Shown piece after piece: positions 48,931 to 58,448 of a stretch of 64,000 nt of DNA (positions are counted from its first letter, which is position 1; the number at the start of each line of letters is the position of its first letter). The stretch spans positions 63,545 to 127,544 of the forward strand of contig JBEKGO010000001.1 of NCBI GenBank assembly GCA_050012755.1, given 5' to 3'. The notes under the pieces were generated by a model. That model saw nothing but the letters and a program-made list of their open reading frames with translations, did no database searches and was not told where the DNA came from. Made by a program: the position numbers and the translations under genes. Source of the stretch: Candidatus Bathyarchaeia archaeon. Lineage in GTDB: Archaea; Thermoproteota; Bathyarchaeia; Bathyarchaeales; Bathycorpusculaceae.

Positions 48931-51537
48931 TCAATTCTTTTTTTTCGGAGCGCAAATTTGTTCTAGGCGGTAAGAGTATCGTTTAATGAACCATTTCTTG
49001 ACAACCTCAACCAAGAACAAGTAGCCAACTATTATCCCCACCAGAGCCAGATAGAATGTTGCGGGCGGAGGAGTAAACCCGAATATGACGCCAAGTGCCG
49101 TGTAAGGCAATGCAAAAGCGACTGCAACAACGGCCAAGCTACTAATCAACAAATATTTGCCAGGCTTGCTTTTGTAAAACGGCGTTTTTCTGGTTCTTAA
49201 CAAGAAAACTACTAGTGTTTGCGTTGTAAGAGATTCTACAAACCATGCGGTTTGAAATATGCTGTGTCCGTGAAGTTCAAGCACAACTGCTGGTAGCATA
49301 GGCATAAAGACAAACAGCAACAAGAAAAATGTCAAATAATCAAAAATCGAACTGACCGGTCCCATAACAATCATGAACCTTCTAATGTACGAGATGTCAA
49401 GTTTTTTCGGTTTCTGAATATACTCATCATCCACGTTGTCGGTTGGTATGGTTGCTTCAGAAAGATCGTATAGGAGGTTGTTTAGAAGAATTTGAATCGC
49501 TGTCATTGGCAGAAAGCTCAGAAACAAAGATGCTCCAGCAACACTAAACATTGTTCCAAAGTTTGAGCTGACTCCCATCATAATGTACTTCATTGTGTTG
49601 CCGAAGGTTTTTCGGCCTTCCAAGACGCCTTGGTCGAGTACGTTTAAGTCAGGTTTCAACATGATGAGGTCGGCAGATTCTTTCGCAACATCAACTGCGT
49701 TTTCTACTGATATGCCTACGTCGGCAGTTTTCAAAGAGGGTGCATCGTTGATTCCGTCGCCCATGTACCCTACTACATGACCGTTAGCTCTAAGGGCGCC
49801 AATCACTCTATCTTTTTGAGCTGGGTTTACACGGGCAAAAATGTTGTTCTCCTCAACAACTCGCGATAGAGCATCGTCTTGGAGCAGAGCGATTTGGTTT
49901 CCTGTAACAACTCCTTTTATAGAAAAGCCGAGTTGATCACAGACAGTTTTTGTCACTAGTTCGTTGTCTCCAGTGACTATTTTGAGTTCCACGCCATCTC
50001 GGGCGAGCAAACTGATAGCTTCTTTAGCGCTTTCTTTAGGCGGGTCAGAAAAAGATAGAAACCCAAGAAAAACCATGCCTGTTTCGTCGCCAATTGAATA
50101 ATGCGGTTTATCATCATTGACTTTTTTGTATGCGACTGCCAAAACTCTGTATCCTTTAGCGCTGAGATCATTGTATTGTTGCTCATACTGACCTTGGCAT
50201 ACATTTGAAAAATCAGTCAACTTTTCGTCTGTTTCGCAGAAGGTACAGATTTTTAGAATTTCTTCTGCTGCACCTTTGGTAATAATTAGCCTCTCCCCTT
50301 TGTATTCAACAACAACTGAAACACGACGACGGATAAAATCAAAGGGGATTTCATCAATTTTGTTGATTCCAGTTACATCAAACTGCTTATACTGAAGCAC
50401 GGCGTCGTCAAGAGGGCTTTTCAATCCAGTTTCAAAAACACAGTTAAAATATCCATACATCAATACTTTCTGAGCTTCTTTTCCCTCTAAATCCTCGAAC
50501 CCATTTAGCGTAAGCTTATTCTCGGTAAGAGTTCCTGTTTTGTCCGTACATAAAACGTCCATGTTACCAAAGTTTTGAATTGATGCCAATCGTTTTACGA
50601 TGACACCTTTTTTGGACATTGCAACAGCTCCTCTGGATAGGTTAATCGACATTATCATGGGCAGAAGTTCGGGTGTCAAGCCAACGGCAAGAGCCACTGA
50701 AAAAAGCAGTGATTCCAGAATTGTGCGGCTACCTGCATAGAAGAATGCGTTTACAAAAAACACGAAAACTACCAAGAAAAGCGTTACTTCAGTCATCAAA
50801 GCTCCGAAGCGGCGGAGTCCCTTTTCAAACTCGGTTTCAGGCATCGCTGATGTGAGCGCTTTGGCGATTTTTCCGTATTCTGTTAATTTTCCTGTTTTGA
50901 CGACAACTGCAGTTCCTGTTCCACTAACAACTGAGGTTCCCAAGAAAACGTAGTTATTCCAACCCGTCATTTCAGATGTAACTGTTGAAAGTGGATTGGC
51001 GTTCTTTTCAACTGGAAACGCTTCGCCCGTTAACGCTGACTGATTAAGGTTCAAATCTTTAGCGGTGATTAAACGGGCATCTGCTGGAACTAGGTCCCCA
51101 GCTATTAGGTACACGATGTCGCCTGGGACAACTTCAGAAAGCTTCACATCTTGCTTAACGCCGTCTCTAAGAACCGTTGCCTTTGTGGTCACTCTTTCTT
51201 TAAGTGCTTCAGCAGCGTTCTGCGCTTTTGATTCTTGATACACGTCAAGTATGATGCTGAGAAGAACTATGGAGAAAATAATAATTGCGTCTGTTGTGTC
51301 CCCTACAAATCCCGAGACTAAACCTGCAATCAAAAGGATGAGAACAAGCGGATTTCTTAAGTGGTACAGGATTTCAACAAATCCCGTTCGTTTTTGCTTT
51401 TCAGCTAATTCGTTGGGTCCGTATGTTACGAGGCGGCGCTGAACTTCCTGCCCAGATAAACCCGCCTGGGATGTTTTGAGTTGTGCTAAAACTTCATCAG
51501 CAGGTTTAGACAGAAATTCTTGGTTTTCCGCCATCAA
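48931..51537 (-). CDS. mgtA: Magnesium-translocating P-type ATPase
   Basis: AVAVGLTPELLPMI-type M4 (VALAVGLTPELLPMI), CTDKTGT, DEIPFDFIRRR, SSNFG, QILLNNLLYD, QTAWFVES. Confidence 0.9.
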   Translation of the reverse strand: MMAENQEFLSKPADEVLAQLKTSQAGLSGQEVQRRLVTYGPNELAEKQKRTGFVEILYHLRNPLVLILLIAGLVSGFVGDTTDAIIIFSIVLLSIILDVYQESKAQNAAEALKERVTTKATVLRDGVKQDVKLSEVVPGDIVYLIAGDLVPADARLITAKDLNLNQSALTGEAFPVEKNANPLSTVTSEMTGWNNYVFLGTSVVSGTGTAVVVKTGKLTEYGKIAKALTSAMPETEFEKGLRRFGALMTEVTLFLVVFVFFVNAFFYAGSRTILESLLFSVALAVGLTPELLPMIMSINLSRGAVAMSKKGVIVKRLASIQNFGNMDVLCTDKTGTLTENKLTLNGFEDLEGKEAQKVLMYGYFNCVFETGLKSPLDDAVLQYKQFDVTGINKIDEIPFDFIRRRVSVVVEYKGERLIITKGAAEEILKICTFCETDEKLTDFSNVCQGQYEQQYNDLSAKGYRVLAVAYKKVNDDKPHYSIGDETGMVFLGFLSFSDPPKESAKEAISLLARDGVELKIVTGDNELVTKTVCDQLGFSIKGVVTGNQIALLQDDALSRVVEENNIFARVNPAQKDRVIGALRANGHVVGYMGDGINDAPSLKTADVGISVENAVDVAKESADLIMLKPDLNVLDQGVLEGRKTFGNTMKYIMMGVSSNFGTMFSVAGASLFLSFLPMTAIQILLNNLLYDLSEATIPTDNVDDEYIQKPKKLDISYIRRFMIVMGPVSSIFDYLTFFLLLFVFMPMLPAVVLELHGHSIFQTAWFVESLTTQTLVVFLLRTRKTPFYKSKPGKYLLISSLAVVAVAFALPYTALGVIFGFTPPPATFYLALVGIIVGYLFLVEVVKKWFIKRYSYRLEQICAPKKKN

Positions 51538-51742
51538 ATCAACAACGCTAAAGAGTCGTCAAAATCATATTTTCCGAGCAACTATTAAATGTTAATTGCT
51601 TCGCTTGGTTGCATTTGCTTGAAGCTGAATACTTTTTCTAAATCATGGTAAACTAATTTCCAGGCACTTTTTAATTTAGCATATATTTTTTAAGAAATAG
51701 CGACTAATTCAATATGTCTCTGTTTAATGGAGAATTAAAAAC

Positions 51743-52309
51743 ATGTCACACAAAGGAGAAGCCTATTCAACATCCGGCGCTATCTTTTTGGACAATCCGA
51801 TAAGACGGTTAATTCAACCGCCCACCGAACTTATAGAAAAACTTGCAGTAAACTCAACTGATGTGGTTGTGGATTTTGGATGCGGACCAGGCTACTATAC
51901 GATAGAGCTTGCAAAAAAAGCAAGAAAGATGGTGGCGGTTGACCTTTCATCTGAGATGCTCAAAAAAGCCCAAAGGAAAGCCGAGAAAGCAGGAGCGAAA
52001 AACATCGAGTTTTTGCAGAGCGACGGAAAAAGTCTTCAGCTTGAAAGTAGCTCGGTTGATATAATTCTTCTTGTGACAGTTTATCATGAGGTCGATGAAA
52101 GTGAAATTGTTTTGAAGGAATTTAGCAGAGTTTTGAAGCAAGATGGAAAGTTGGTAATTGTAGAAAATATAAAGAAGGGTGTCTTTCCTGGGGCGCCAGT
52201 TCAAAATCCAGATAAATTGAAGGCTGAAATTGAAGTCCTAAATTTTAGACTTGAAAAGCTATCGCCTTATAAGAATTATGGCATTTTATTCTTTACCAAA
52301 AAAGGTTGA
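51743..52309 (+). CDS. Class I SAM-dependent methyltransferase
   Basis: VVDFGCGPGY, AVDLS, VYHEV, RVLKQDG. Confidence 0.87.
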   Translation: MSHKGEAYSTSGAIFLDNPIRRLIQPPTELIEKLAVNSTDVVVDFGCGPGYYTIELAKKARKMVAVDLSSEMLKKAQRKAEKAGAKNIEFLQSDGKSLQLESSSVDIILLVTVYHEVDESEIVLKEFSRVLKQDGKLVIVENIKKGVFPGAPVQNPDKLKAEIEVLNFRLEKLSPYKNYGILFFTKKG

Positions 52310-52620
52310 CTACGCGCTCAACTTAGAGCGATAGCCAGCAAATATGGCTTGCTAGACATAACATGAGACAACATTCAAAGCGTAAATGGGAACTTGAAAA
52401 TCGTAGACACAAGCTTAGCGCCTCTAGGACTTTTTAGACTTTGGAAAACTGCCGATGTTGTCAAACTCATGTTGCATACACCTATAAAAAAAGCAATCAA
52501 AAAGTCACGGATGTTAACCATGGCCAAAGGAAGATAGTTTAAATGAAATATGCTGGGTTTATTGCGTTAAACTTGGTGGAAAAACATATCAAGCCGTTAC
52601 AATCATCATGAAAGTGTAAC

Positions 52621-53958
52621 ATGACCACCACAGCATCGCTCTCAAACATTCGTGGGTCGGATAATTGGCTAAAAGACATCCTAAAAAGCCACAGCGGTTT
52701 TGACGAGAACCAAATTATTACTCGAAGCCGACAAGACAGCTTATGCGTCTTATGCAAAGGTGCACGTTTTCTCTGCGGAAAAACCCGATGCTCAATAATG
52801 CTGAAAGTTAACTATTTCCTCAAAAGCGTGCCGTTGATGGGTGAGGATATTGCCGGTATGTCTCCCCCAAGCGTTTTTATCGGAAGAATGGGCTACCCAA
52901 ACGTTTACGCTGGACCACTCGTGCCACCTGTTCATGAAGACACAAGCATTTACGATTTACCAGAGCATTGGTTTGGAAAATCCATGGATGAAATTGTGGG
53001 TTTTCGCAGTTTGCTTGTACGTGGTAAACACAGAGTTAACGTACAAAAGTTCATGGATTCAGGCAAAATCTTGGATCAAACACGTGAATTGGCCCTCGCC
53101 GACAGCTGCGTAGATATTGAATTAAACCTTACAAAAAAACCAAGAGGCTCAATCTTTCTCGACGATGATATTCAGCCGTTCGGTCCTTCAGCACCCATTC
53201 GAGACCTTCATGTTGGCAATTCAAGGTACGACGACAAAATTGAAAAAGCATATTACGACACAGATTTAAAAGCAACACAAGCAGTGTTGGAGCTATTTAA
53301 GCGAGGAGTTGTTGTTTCAAAAATTCAGAAAGCCTTCAGTGTTGGCGCTTTTGGTATCGAGAAAAACAGGAAGCTTGTTCCTACCCGCTGGAGCATAACC
53401 GCAGTCGACGACATCATATCCAAAAACCTTAGAGAACAAGTGAAAACTTTTCCTGAAATCAACGAGTACCGAGTTTACGAATCAATTTATATGGATAATG
53501 TTTTTGAGATTTTAATGATTCCACAACAGTGGAGCTACGAATCTATGGAAGCCTGGTTTCCAGGTACAACTTGGAATCCTACTGGAAAAAACATCGCCAT
53601 CTTTTCTGATTGGGAAGGCAACGGTGGACGAACTACATATGCTGAGATTGGCGGTTGCTATTATTCGGCGCGGTTGGCTACTTGCGAACAATTGGTTAGG
53701 GAGCGGCGTCAAGCTACTGTTGTGGTGCTTAGGGAAGCAAGACCCGGCTACATTATGCCGATTGGTGTCTGGCAGGTACGAGAAAATGTCAGGAATGCGA
53801 TGCGTCAAAAGCCGTTTCTTTTCAAAAGTCTTGCCGAGTCTTTGCAGTTTGTTGCGGGCAGGTTTGAGATTCCGATTCAGCGGTGGATAAGACAGAGCGA
53901 ATTGTTGAAGCGAGCTCTTTTCCAAAAGAAGATTACAGATTTTTTCAGAGCCAATTGA
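52621..53958 (+). CDS. nreA: Archaeal DNA repair protein NreA (PCNA-interacting)
   Basis: CVLCKG..LCG...C, SPPSVFIGRMGYP, LVPTRWSITAVDD, GGCYYSARLA, C-terminal PIP box QKKITDFF. Confidence 0.9.
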   Translation: MTTTASLSNIRGSDNWLKDILKSHSGFDENQIITRSRQDSLCVLCKGARFLCGKTRCSIMLKVNYFLKSVPLMGEDIAGMSPPSVFIGRMGYPNVYAGPLVPPVHEDTSIYDLPEHWFGKSMDEIVGFRSLLVRGKHRVNVQKFMDSGKILDQTRELALADSCVDIELNLTKKPRGSIFLDDDIQPFGPSAPIRDLHVGNSRYDDKIEKAYYDTDLKATQAVLELFKRGVVVSKIQKAFSVGAFGIEKNRKLVPTRWSITAVDDIISKNLREQVKTFPEINEYRVYESIYMDNVFEILMIPQQWSYESMEAWFPGTTWNPTGKNIAIFSDWEGNGGRTTYAEIGGCYYSARLATCEQLVRERRQATVVVLREARPGYIMPIGVWQVRENVRNAMRQKPFLFKSLAESLQFVAGRFEIPIQRWIRQSELLKRALFQKKITDFFRAN

Positions 53959-54011
53959 CATCATATTCTTCAAAAGGTTTAGTTGGCTGTAATTCTGAAC
54001 TTTTTCTTCCT

Positions 54012-54135
54012 GCGATTTTTTGGGATGTTTCTAGATGTTTTGGGATGTTTTAAGATTATAGTTGCAATAGTTTTGAGCCCCAAATTAAAAAAGCAACTCA
54101 AAACACAAAGAAAAAACTGCACAAAATCCGTCAAT
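54012..54135 (-). repeat. Dispersed leader + 10-bp phased (A/C)ATC array, minus-strand copy
   Basis: Minus-strand core TCTTTGTGTTTTGAGTTGCTTTTTTAATTTGGGGCTCAAA (54111-54072); plus-strand GAT at 54014, 54024, 54034, 54044, 54054. Confidence 0.85.
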
Positions 54136-54280
54136 AACTGACTTCGTCCCTCACTCTAATCTTTTATAGATAAACACTTTAGCCGCTTAATCACTAATAG
54201 ATAATAATTTAGTTTTGATTCAATGTTAATTCAGACAATAAATTTTAAAAAGAAATCTGATATACTTTGACCAGAAACTA

Positions 54281-55912
54281 ATGTTAAACGCCCAAGTCAA
54301 ACGATTCATTTTGCCCTTTTCCTCGCAGAAAAGCAATGAGCCATTCGTCTCAGAAGTTGAAGCAGCAACTGTTTATGCGCTTGCAGAGTTTGAAAGAATG
54401 AAAGGCGGTGGATTAATTTTAAAACATCCAGAAGAAAAACTCCATTTTATTGCGGAGATAGGTTATCCACTTTGGCTTTTTCCAAACAGCTTAACTGCCT
54501 ACATTTTTGACGGCTTAAACAATTTCATCTATTCTGTTCCTTACTTTGAATTGCCTCATGCCAAAAGTTTCATGGATAACCTTGAGGCAAAATCGAAGAC
54601 GCGAGAAGATTACATGATTTTTCTCTCATATAATAGCCGTTATTTTAAGCAGCCCACTAAAGAGAAAGAGTTCCCTCTGAGAAGTTTAATTGTTGCTTTA
54701 GATTTTAAGAAAGAGTTCGATGTTTACCGTAAAGAGGCCACAGAAGTGATGGGTCAATTCACGAAGATAGCACCGCTAACTCCAACTCTGCAAGAGACAT
54801 CAATTTCTTCAATGATAGCTGAAATGAACATGCTGCAATCATCACTAAAAGAAAATGCTGATGGACTTCCAGAATGCCTCAGACGCGTAAACAAGACAAC
54901 CAGCCAATACATAACAGAGCTCGATTATGCAGCAGAAGCAGCAAAAGACGAAGCTGACGCTAAAATCAAAGCTCAAGAGGAAATTATTAATCCGCAAATC
55001 ACCAAGCTGAACAGTGAATGCAAACGTCAAATAGCAAATGTAACGGTCGGCTTTGATGATGAAATAGACAAACTCAAAAAACTCAAAGCAAGGACCTCAA
55101 AACTCATAGACTCTGAAGAAAAAAAGCTTAAACAGTACGAGCAAGCAGCAAGAAAACAAGCCCAGCAGAACCATTTGATCTATGAAAAAAGATGGAAATC
55201 AAAAAGTAAGGAAACCAAAAAAGAGATTGGCGGACTCAGGAAAGAGCTAAAACGAATAGAAAACAACATTAAACATTTGAACAAACAGAAAGACGAGAAA
55301 ATCTCCGCACTGCGGTTTGAACTTGAAACTGAAGTAAAGTTGGCTCGCCAGCCCTTGCTTGACCTCGAGGTTGCACGCGACGCCAAAATGTTGATTTTTA
55401 AGCGAGAGACTGAAAAGTTGGTTAATCAGGAAAAATCCTTAGTTGAAGGATTGAATGGTGCTATTGAATTGGCTGAGAAAGTTAACGGTGGGTTCCAAAT
55501 GTTAGGTATTAGAAACCTACAACTGAGGGACCCAGCCCTATTTTATGTTCCATTCTACGTGGCCTGTTATCAAGTTGGATTAGCAAAACGGTATATTTTC
55601 ATTGCTCCATCGAAGACAACCTCTGCTGGTTTTGCTGCCAAATTCAAAGGCGTAATGGGCGTTTCAAAGATTAAAGAAATGTTTACTCCATGGTTCAAGA
55701 CTATAACAGTTCTAATTGAAAAAGTTCAGGTTCTGGTTAAGCGGGACAGTTTGTTGGACCAGCAAATCACTGACTGGGGTGAAAGAAACAACCTTTTGAA
55801 AAATGAGTTGGCTCGGGTTAATGTGGCCAAGGGATTAGTTTACTTAAAGGATGCCGGCTGGCTTTCGCAACGAGAATATCAAACGTTAACTGACAGCTTA
55901 GCTCAATATTAG
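54281..55912 (+). CDS. Hypothetical protein with long central coiled coil
   Basis: 543-aa ORF; K/E-rich heptads flanked by globular segments with YPLWL and YVPFYV motifs. Confidence 0.75.
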   Translation: MLNAQVKRFILPFSSQKSNEPFVSEVEAATVYALAEFERMKGGGLILKHPEEKLHFIAEIGYPLWLFPNSLTAYIFDGLNNFIYSVPYFELPHAKSFMDNLEAKSKTREDYMIFLSYNSRYFKQPTKEKEFPLRSLIVALDFKKEFDVYRKEATEVMGQFTKIAPLTPTLQETSISSMIAEMNMLQSSLKENADGLPECLRRVNKTTSQYITELDYAAEAAKDEADAKIKAQEEIINPQITKLNSECKRQIANVTVGFDDEIDKLKKLKARTSKLIDSEEKKLKQYEQAARKQAQQNHLIYEKRWKSKSKETKKEIGGLRKELKRIENNIKHLNKQKDEKISALRFELETEVKLARQPLLDLEVARDAKMLIFKRETEKLVNQEKSLVEGLNGAIELAEKVNGGFQMLGIRNLQLRDPALFYVPFYVACYQVGLAKRYIFIAPSKTTSAGFAAKFKGVMGVSKIKEMFTPWFKTITVLIEKVQVLVKRDSLLDQQITDWGERNNLLKNELARVNVAKGLVYLKDAGWLSQREYQTLTDSLAQY

Positions 55913-55995
55913 CCGATTTTTGCTTCTCAAAAAGCTTATTGCATCCAAAATGCTCTGGTGTTTCTAGAAAACAAATTAAGCGTAAGGCGTGAAGA

Positions 55996-56418
55996 ATGAA
56001 GAAATACACAGGTAAAACCGCAACCGCAATCATGCCATTTTCAAAGGATAAAATCTTGCTAATTAAAAGAAACACCGTTCCTTTCAAGGGTTACTGGGGG
56101 CTGCCAGGCGGCAGAATGGATCCAGGCGAAACCATTGAGCGAACCGTCGTTCGCGAGGCAAAAGAGGAAACAGGATTGGATGTAGAAATCATCTCGAAAA
56201 TTGGCGAATACGTCGAGAAAGGAGTCAAGGACGATGTTGATTATGAATATTACCCGACATGTTTTCTTGTAACGGTAGTTGGCGGTCAAATGAAGCGGCA
56301 AGAAAGCGAAATCCAAGACATTCAACTCTTCAGCCTGAAAGCATTGCCTGAACCATTGGCGTTTGAGCATGACAAGATGATTAATGACTATTTGAAAATC
56401 AAAAGCAAGGACTCCTAA
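55996..56418 (+). CDS. NUDIX hydrolase
   Basis: Nudix box GGRMDPGETIERTVVREAKEETGL; LAFEH. Confidence 0.93.
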   Translation: MKKYTGKTATAIMPFSKDKILLIKRNTVPFKGYWGLPGGRMDPGETIERTVVREAKEETGLDVEIISKIGEYVEKGVKDDVDYEYYPTCFLVTVVGGQMKRQESEIQDIQLFSLKALPEPLAFEHDKMINDYLKIKSKDS

Positions 56419-56471
56419 TGCGCAGATTTGAACAACTCTTTCTGTGGAAAAGTTGAAAACGAGAAGCTGAC

Positions 56472-57071
56472 ATGTTACTTGTTGATGTCACAATGATTGA
56501 TACGTTTTATTTGCATTTGGAGTTTTCAAACAAAAAATCCAAATGGTCAATTAACTTGCCTTTCTTATGCACAAAATGTGGCGTTTGTTGCCTATTGGAA
56601 GATTTCTTGACTGCTGGAGAAATCAGCGCCAAACCTGAAGAGCAACCGGAAGTTCGTAGCAAAATAAAAACCCTATTTGAAGAGATAGGCAAAATGTGGG
56701 AAGCCGATGAAACAAAATACGATGACTTTATCGCACATACCCCGTGCCCATTCTTGGTCAACAATTCCTGCTCTATCTACGAAATCAGACCCGTCGGCTG
56801 TCGACTTTTCCCCAAAACCGCATTTGGCATGCAAACCCAAAATTGCTCGCCGCTCACCCGATTCAAAAAACAGCGTTCAGCGCTGATAAAGGGTAGGTCT
56901 CATAAGGAAACTTACCAATTTACCGGCTCAGTCAAGAGTGACGAAGCCATAGAGCCTGCAAAGTTCACCGAAATACAATACCAAACCTGCACCACCAGAC
57001 TACGCCAAGCAGGCGTAACGGAAGACGAGCTAAATCTCTTCAATTATTTCAATACAAAATACAAAAAATAA
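56472..57071 (+). CDS. YkgJ-family cysteine-cluster protein
   Basis: FLCTKCGVCC...CPFL..N.CSIYEIRPVGCRLFP. Confidence 0.85.
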   Translation: MLLVDVTMIDTFYLHLEFSNKKSKWSINLPFLCTKCGVCCLLEDFLTAGEISAKPEEQPEVRSKIKTLFEEIGKMWEADETKYDDFIAHTPCPFLVNNSCSIYEIRPVGCRLFPKTAFGMQTQNCSPLTRFKKQRSALIKGRSHKETYQFTGSVKSDEAIEPAKFTEIQYQTCTTRLRQAGVTEDELNLFNYFNTKYKK

Positions 57072-57085
57072 ACCCGATCATTTTT

Positions 57086-57886
57086 TTACGGCTTATGGGC
57101 TTCCACTTCTATGCGCATCATTCCAACGTGAATAACGCCTGCAGAGTCCGCTGGGTGCTGTTCAATGTAGTGGTTAACGATTAATTCAACAAATTTTGGT
57201 CTAAGCTCAACTGGAATCCGGTCTGTGAAAGGAAGCCATGTGGTCCTTACCCACCCAGTCAAGCCTTCTACATCGTTAAACTTCATGTCTTTAGGAAACA
57301 GCTCAATACGTTCAGCCAGCAAACCCGCCTCACGCATGAACACAGTGTATTCTTCTGGGTCATAGAAGCCATAGGGAAAAGTCATATTATCGAAAAAGCC
57401 CATCCAAGGCTCCACAACCATTAATTCGTTTATGAGGCTAAGTATGTCTTTGGCATTGCCTTTTCCGGCCATCTGAAACAGCAGCCTGCCGCCTGGCTTT
57501 AAGCTTCTCTGGACACCTGCAAGCACTGCTTTTTGGTCAACAATCCAATGTAATGCAGCATTAGAAAAAACGACATCAAATTCCGATTTAAAAGTTAATT
57601 TTCGAGCATCGATAATTTGGAAACAAAGGTTTGGATAATCTTTTTGTGGGAACGCCTTTTTTGCCAAATCTATCATTTTCTCTGAGCTGTCAACGCCGAT
57701 TATCTTGCCATTGGATAGGCACCGTGCGAGTTCTGCTGTGATTTTGCCGTCACCGCAGCCAACATCGAGCAAAGCTTCGTTTCCTTGAAGTTTTAGTTTT
57801 GGAATTAGCTCTTGCGCCCATTGGAACTGGTTTTGGCTGTTTTTCGAGTAGTCTTGAGCGTTCCAATTATAACCGATGTGTGCCAT
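57086..57886 (-). CDS. SAM-dependent methyltransferase (Tam-like)
   Basis: WNAQDY, LDVGCGDG, VFSNAALHW, LKPGG. Confidence 0.87.
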   Translation of the reverse strand: MAHIGYNWNAQDYSKNSQNQFQWAQELIPKLKLQGNEALLDVGCGDGKITAELARCLSNGKIIGVDSSEKMIDLAKKAFPQKDYPNLCFQIIDARKLTFKSEFDVVFSNAALHWIVDQKAVLAGVQRSLKPGGRLLFQMAGKGNAKDILSLINELMVVEPWMGFFDNMTFPYGFYDPEEYTVFMREAGLLAERIELFPKDMKFNDVEGLTGWVRTTWLPFTDRIPVELRPKFVELIVNHYIEQHPADSAGVIHVGMMRIEVEAHKP

Positions 57887-57896
57887 TTTTCCATCT

Positions 57897-58448
57897 CTAT
57901 TTGAATGTTAATTGGGAGATTGAATAGTAGACGATTTCGCCTCGGCGGTTCATGACAGCTAAGGTTAGCTCTTTCTTTTGGCTTTGACATTGCTGCAGTG
58001 CGTTTGCTAACTCATCTATGCCGAGAGGTTTGCCCTCTTGCATGCTTAAAACCAAGTAAGGTGCGGTATCTTTGCCGTATGCGCCTCGTTCGTACATGCG
58101 AAAATCTATTCCGGCGCCGAAACCATCCCTTGCAACATAGCCTCGGCTTCTCAGATCTCGGTAAACCATGTAGCTAACCCATGCATTGTCATTTTGTGCT
58201 TCGTAGCAATGTAGGAGGCTTTGGAAATCCGCTACTTTGCCATTTTCATCTTTGACTTCTAGCATTCCCTTATCCATAAGGTACAATGCTTCAAAGAAGG
58301 TAAGTGTGAAAACTTTATCATCTAATGTGCCGTATCCCCGAGAGGTAAGCGCGTCAATGCTGCTTTGGTCTGCGACAACAACGCCTTTTTCTGCTAAGGT
58401 GCCGTTGGTTCTGAATTCTGGGGGCTGTGTTTTTTTGATTTCGGTCAT
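57897..58448 (-). CDS. endA: tRNA-intron endonuclease subunit (probably structural/non-catalytic)
   Basis: LTFFEALYL, YMVYRDLRSRGY, DFRMYERG; catalytic Tyr and His positions appear substituted. Confidence 0.85.
   Translation of the reverse strand: MTEIKKTQPPEFRTNGTLAEKGVVVADQSSIDALTSRGYGTLDDKVFTLTFFEALYLMDKGMLEVKDENGKVADFQSLLHCYEAQNDNAWVSYMVYRDLRSRGYVARDGFGAGIDFRMYERGAYGKDTAPYLVLSMQEGKPLGIDELANALQQCQSQKKELTLAVMNRRGEIVYYSISQLTFK

Noticed and set aside
52187-52202. CCTGGGGCGCCAGTTC as attR duplicate of the tRNA-Asp 3' end
   Set aside because: Short, gapped match lying inside an intact methyltransferase CDS; likely chance.
52320-52540. Possible gene remnant between the methyltransferase and nreA
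   Set aside because: Short open stretch without a clear start or recognisable motif.
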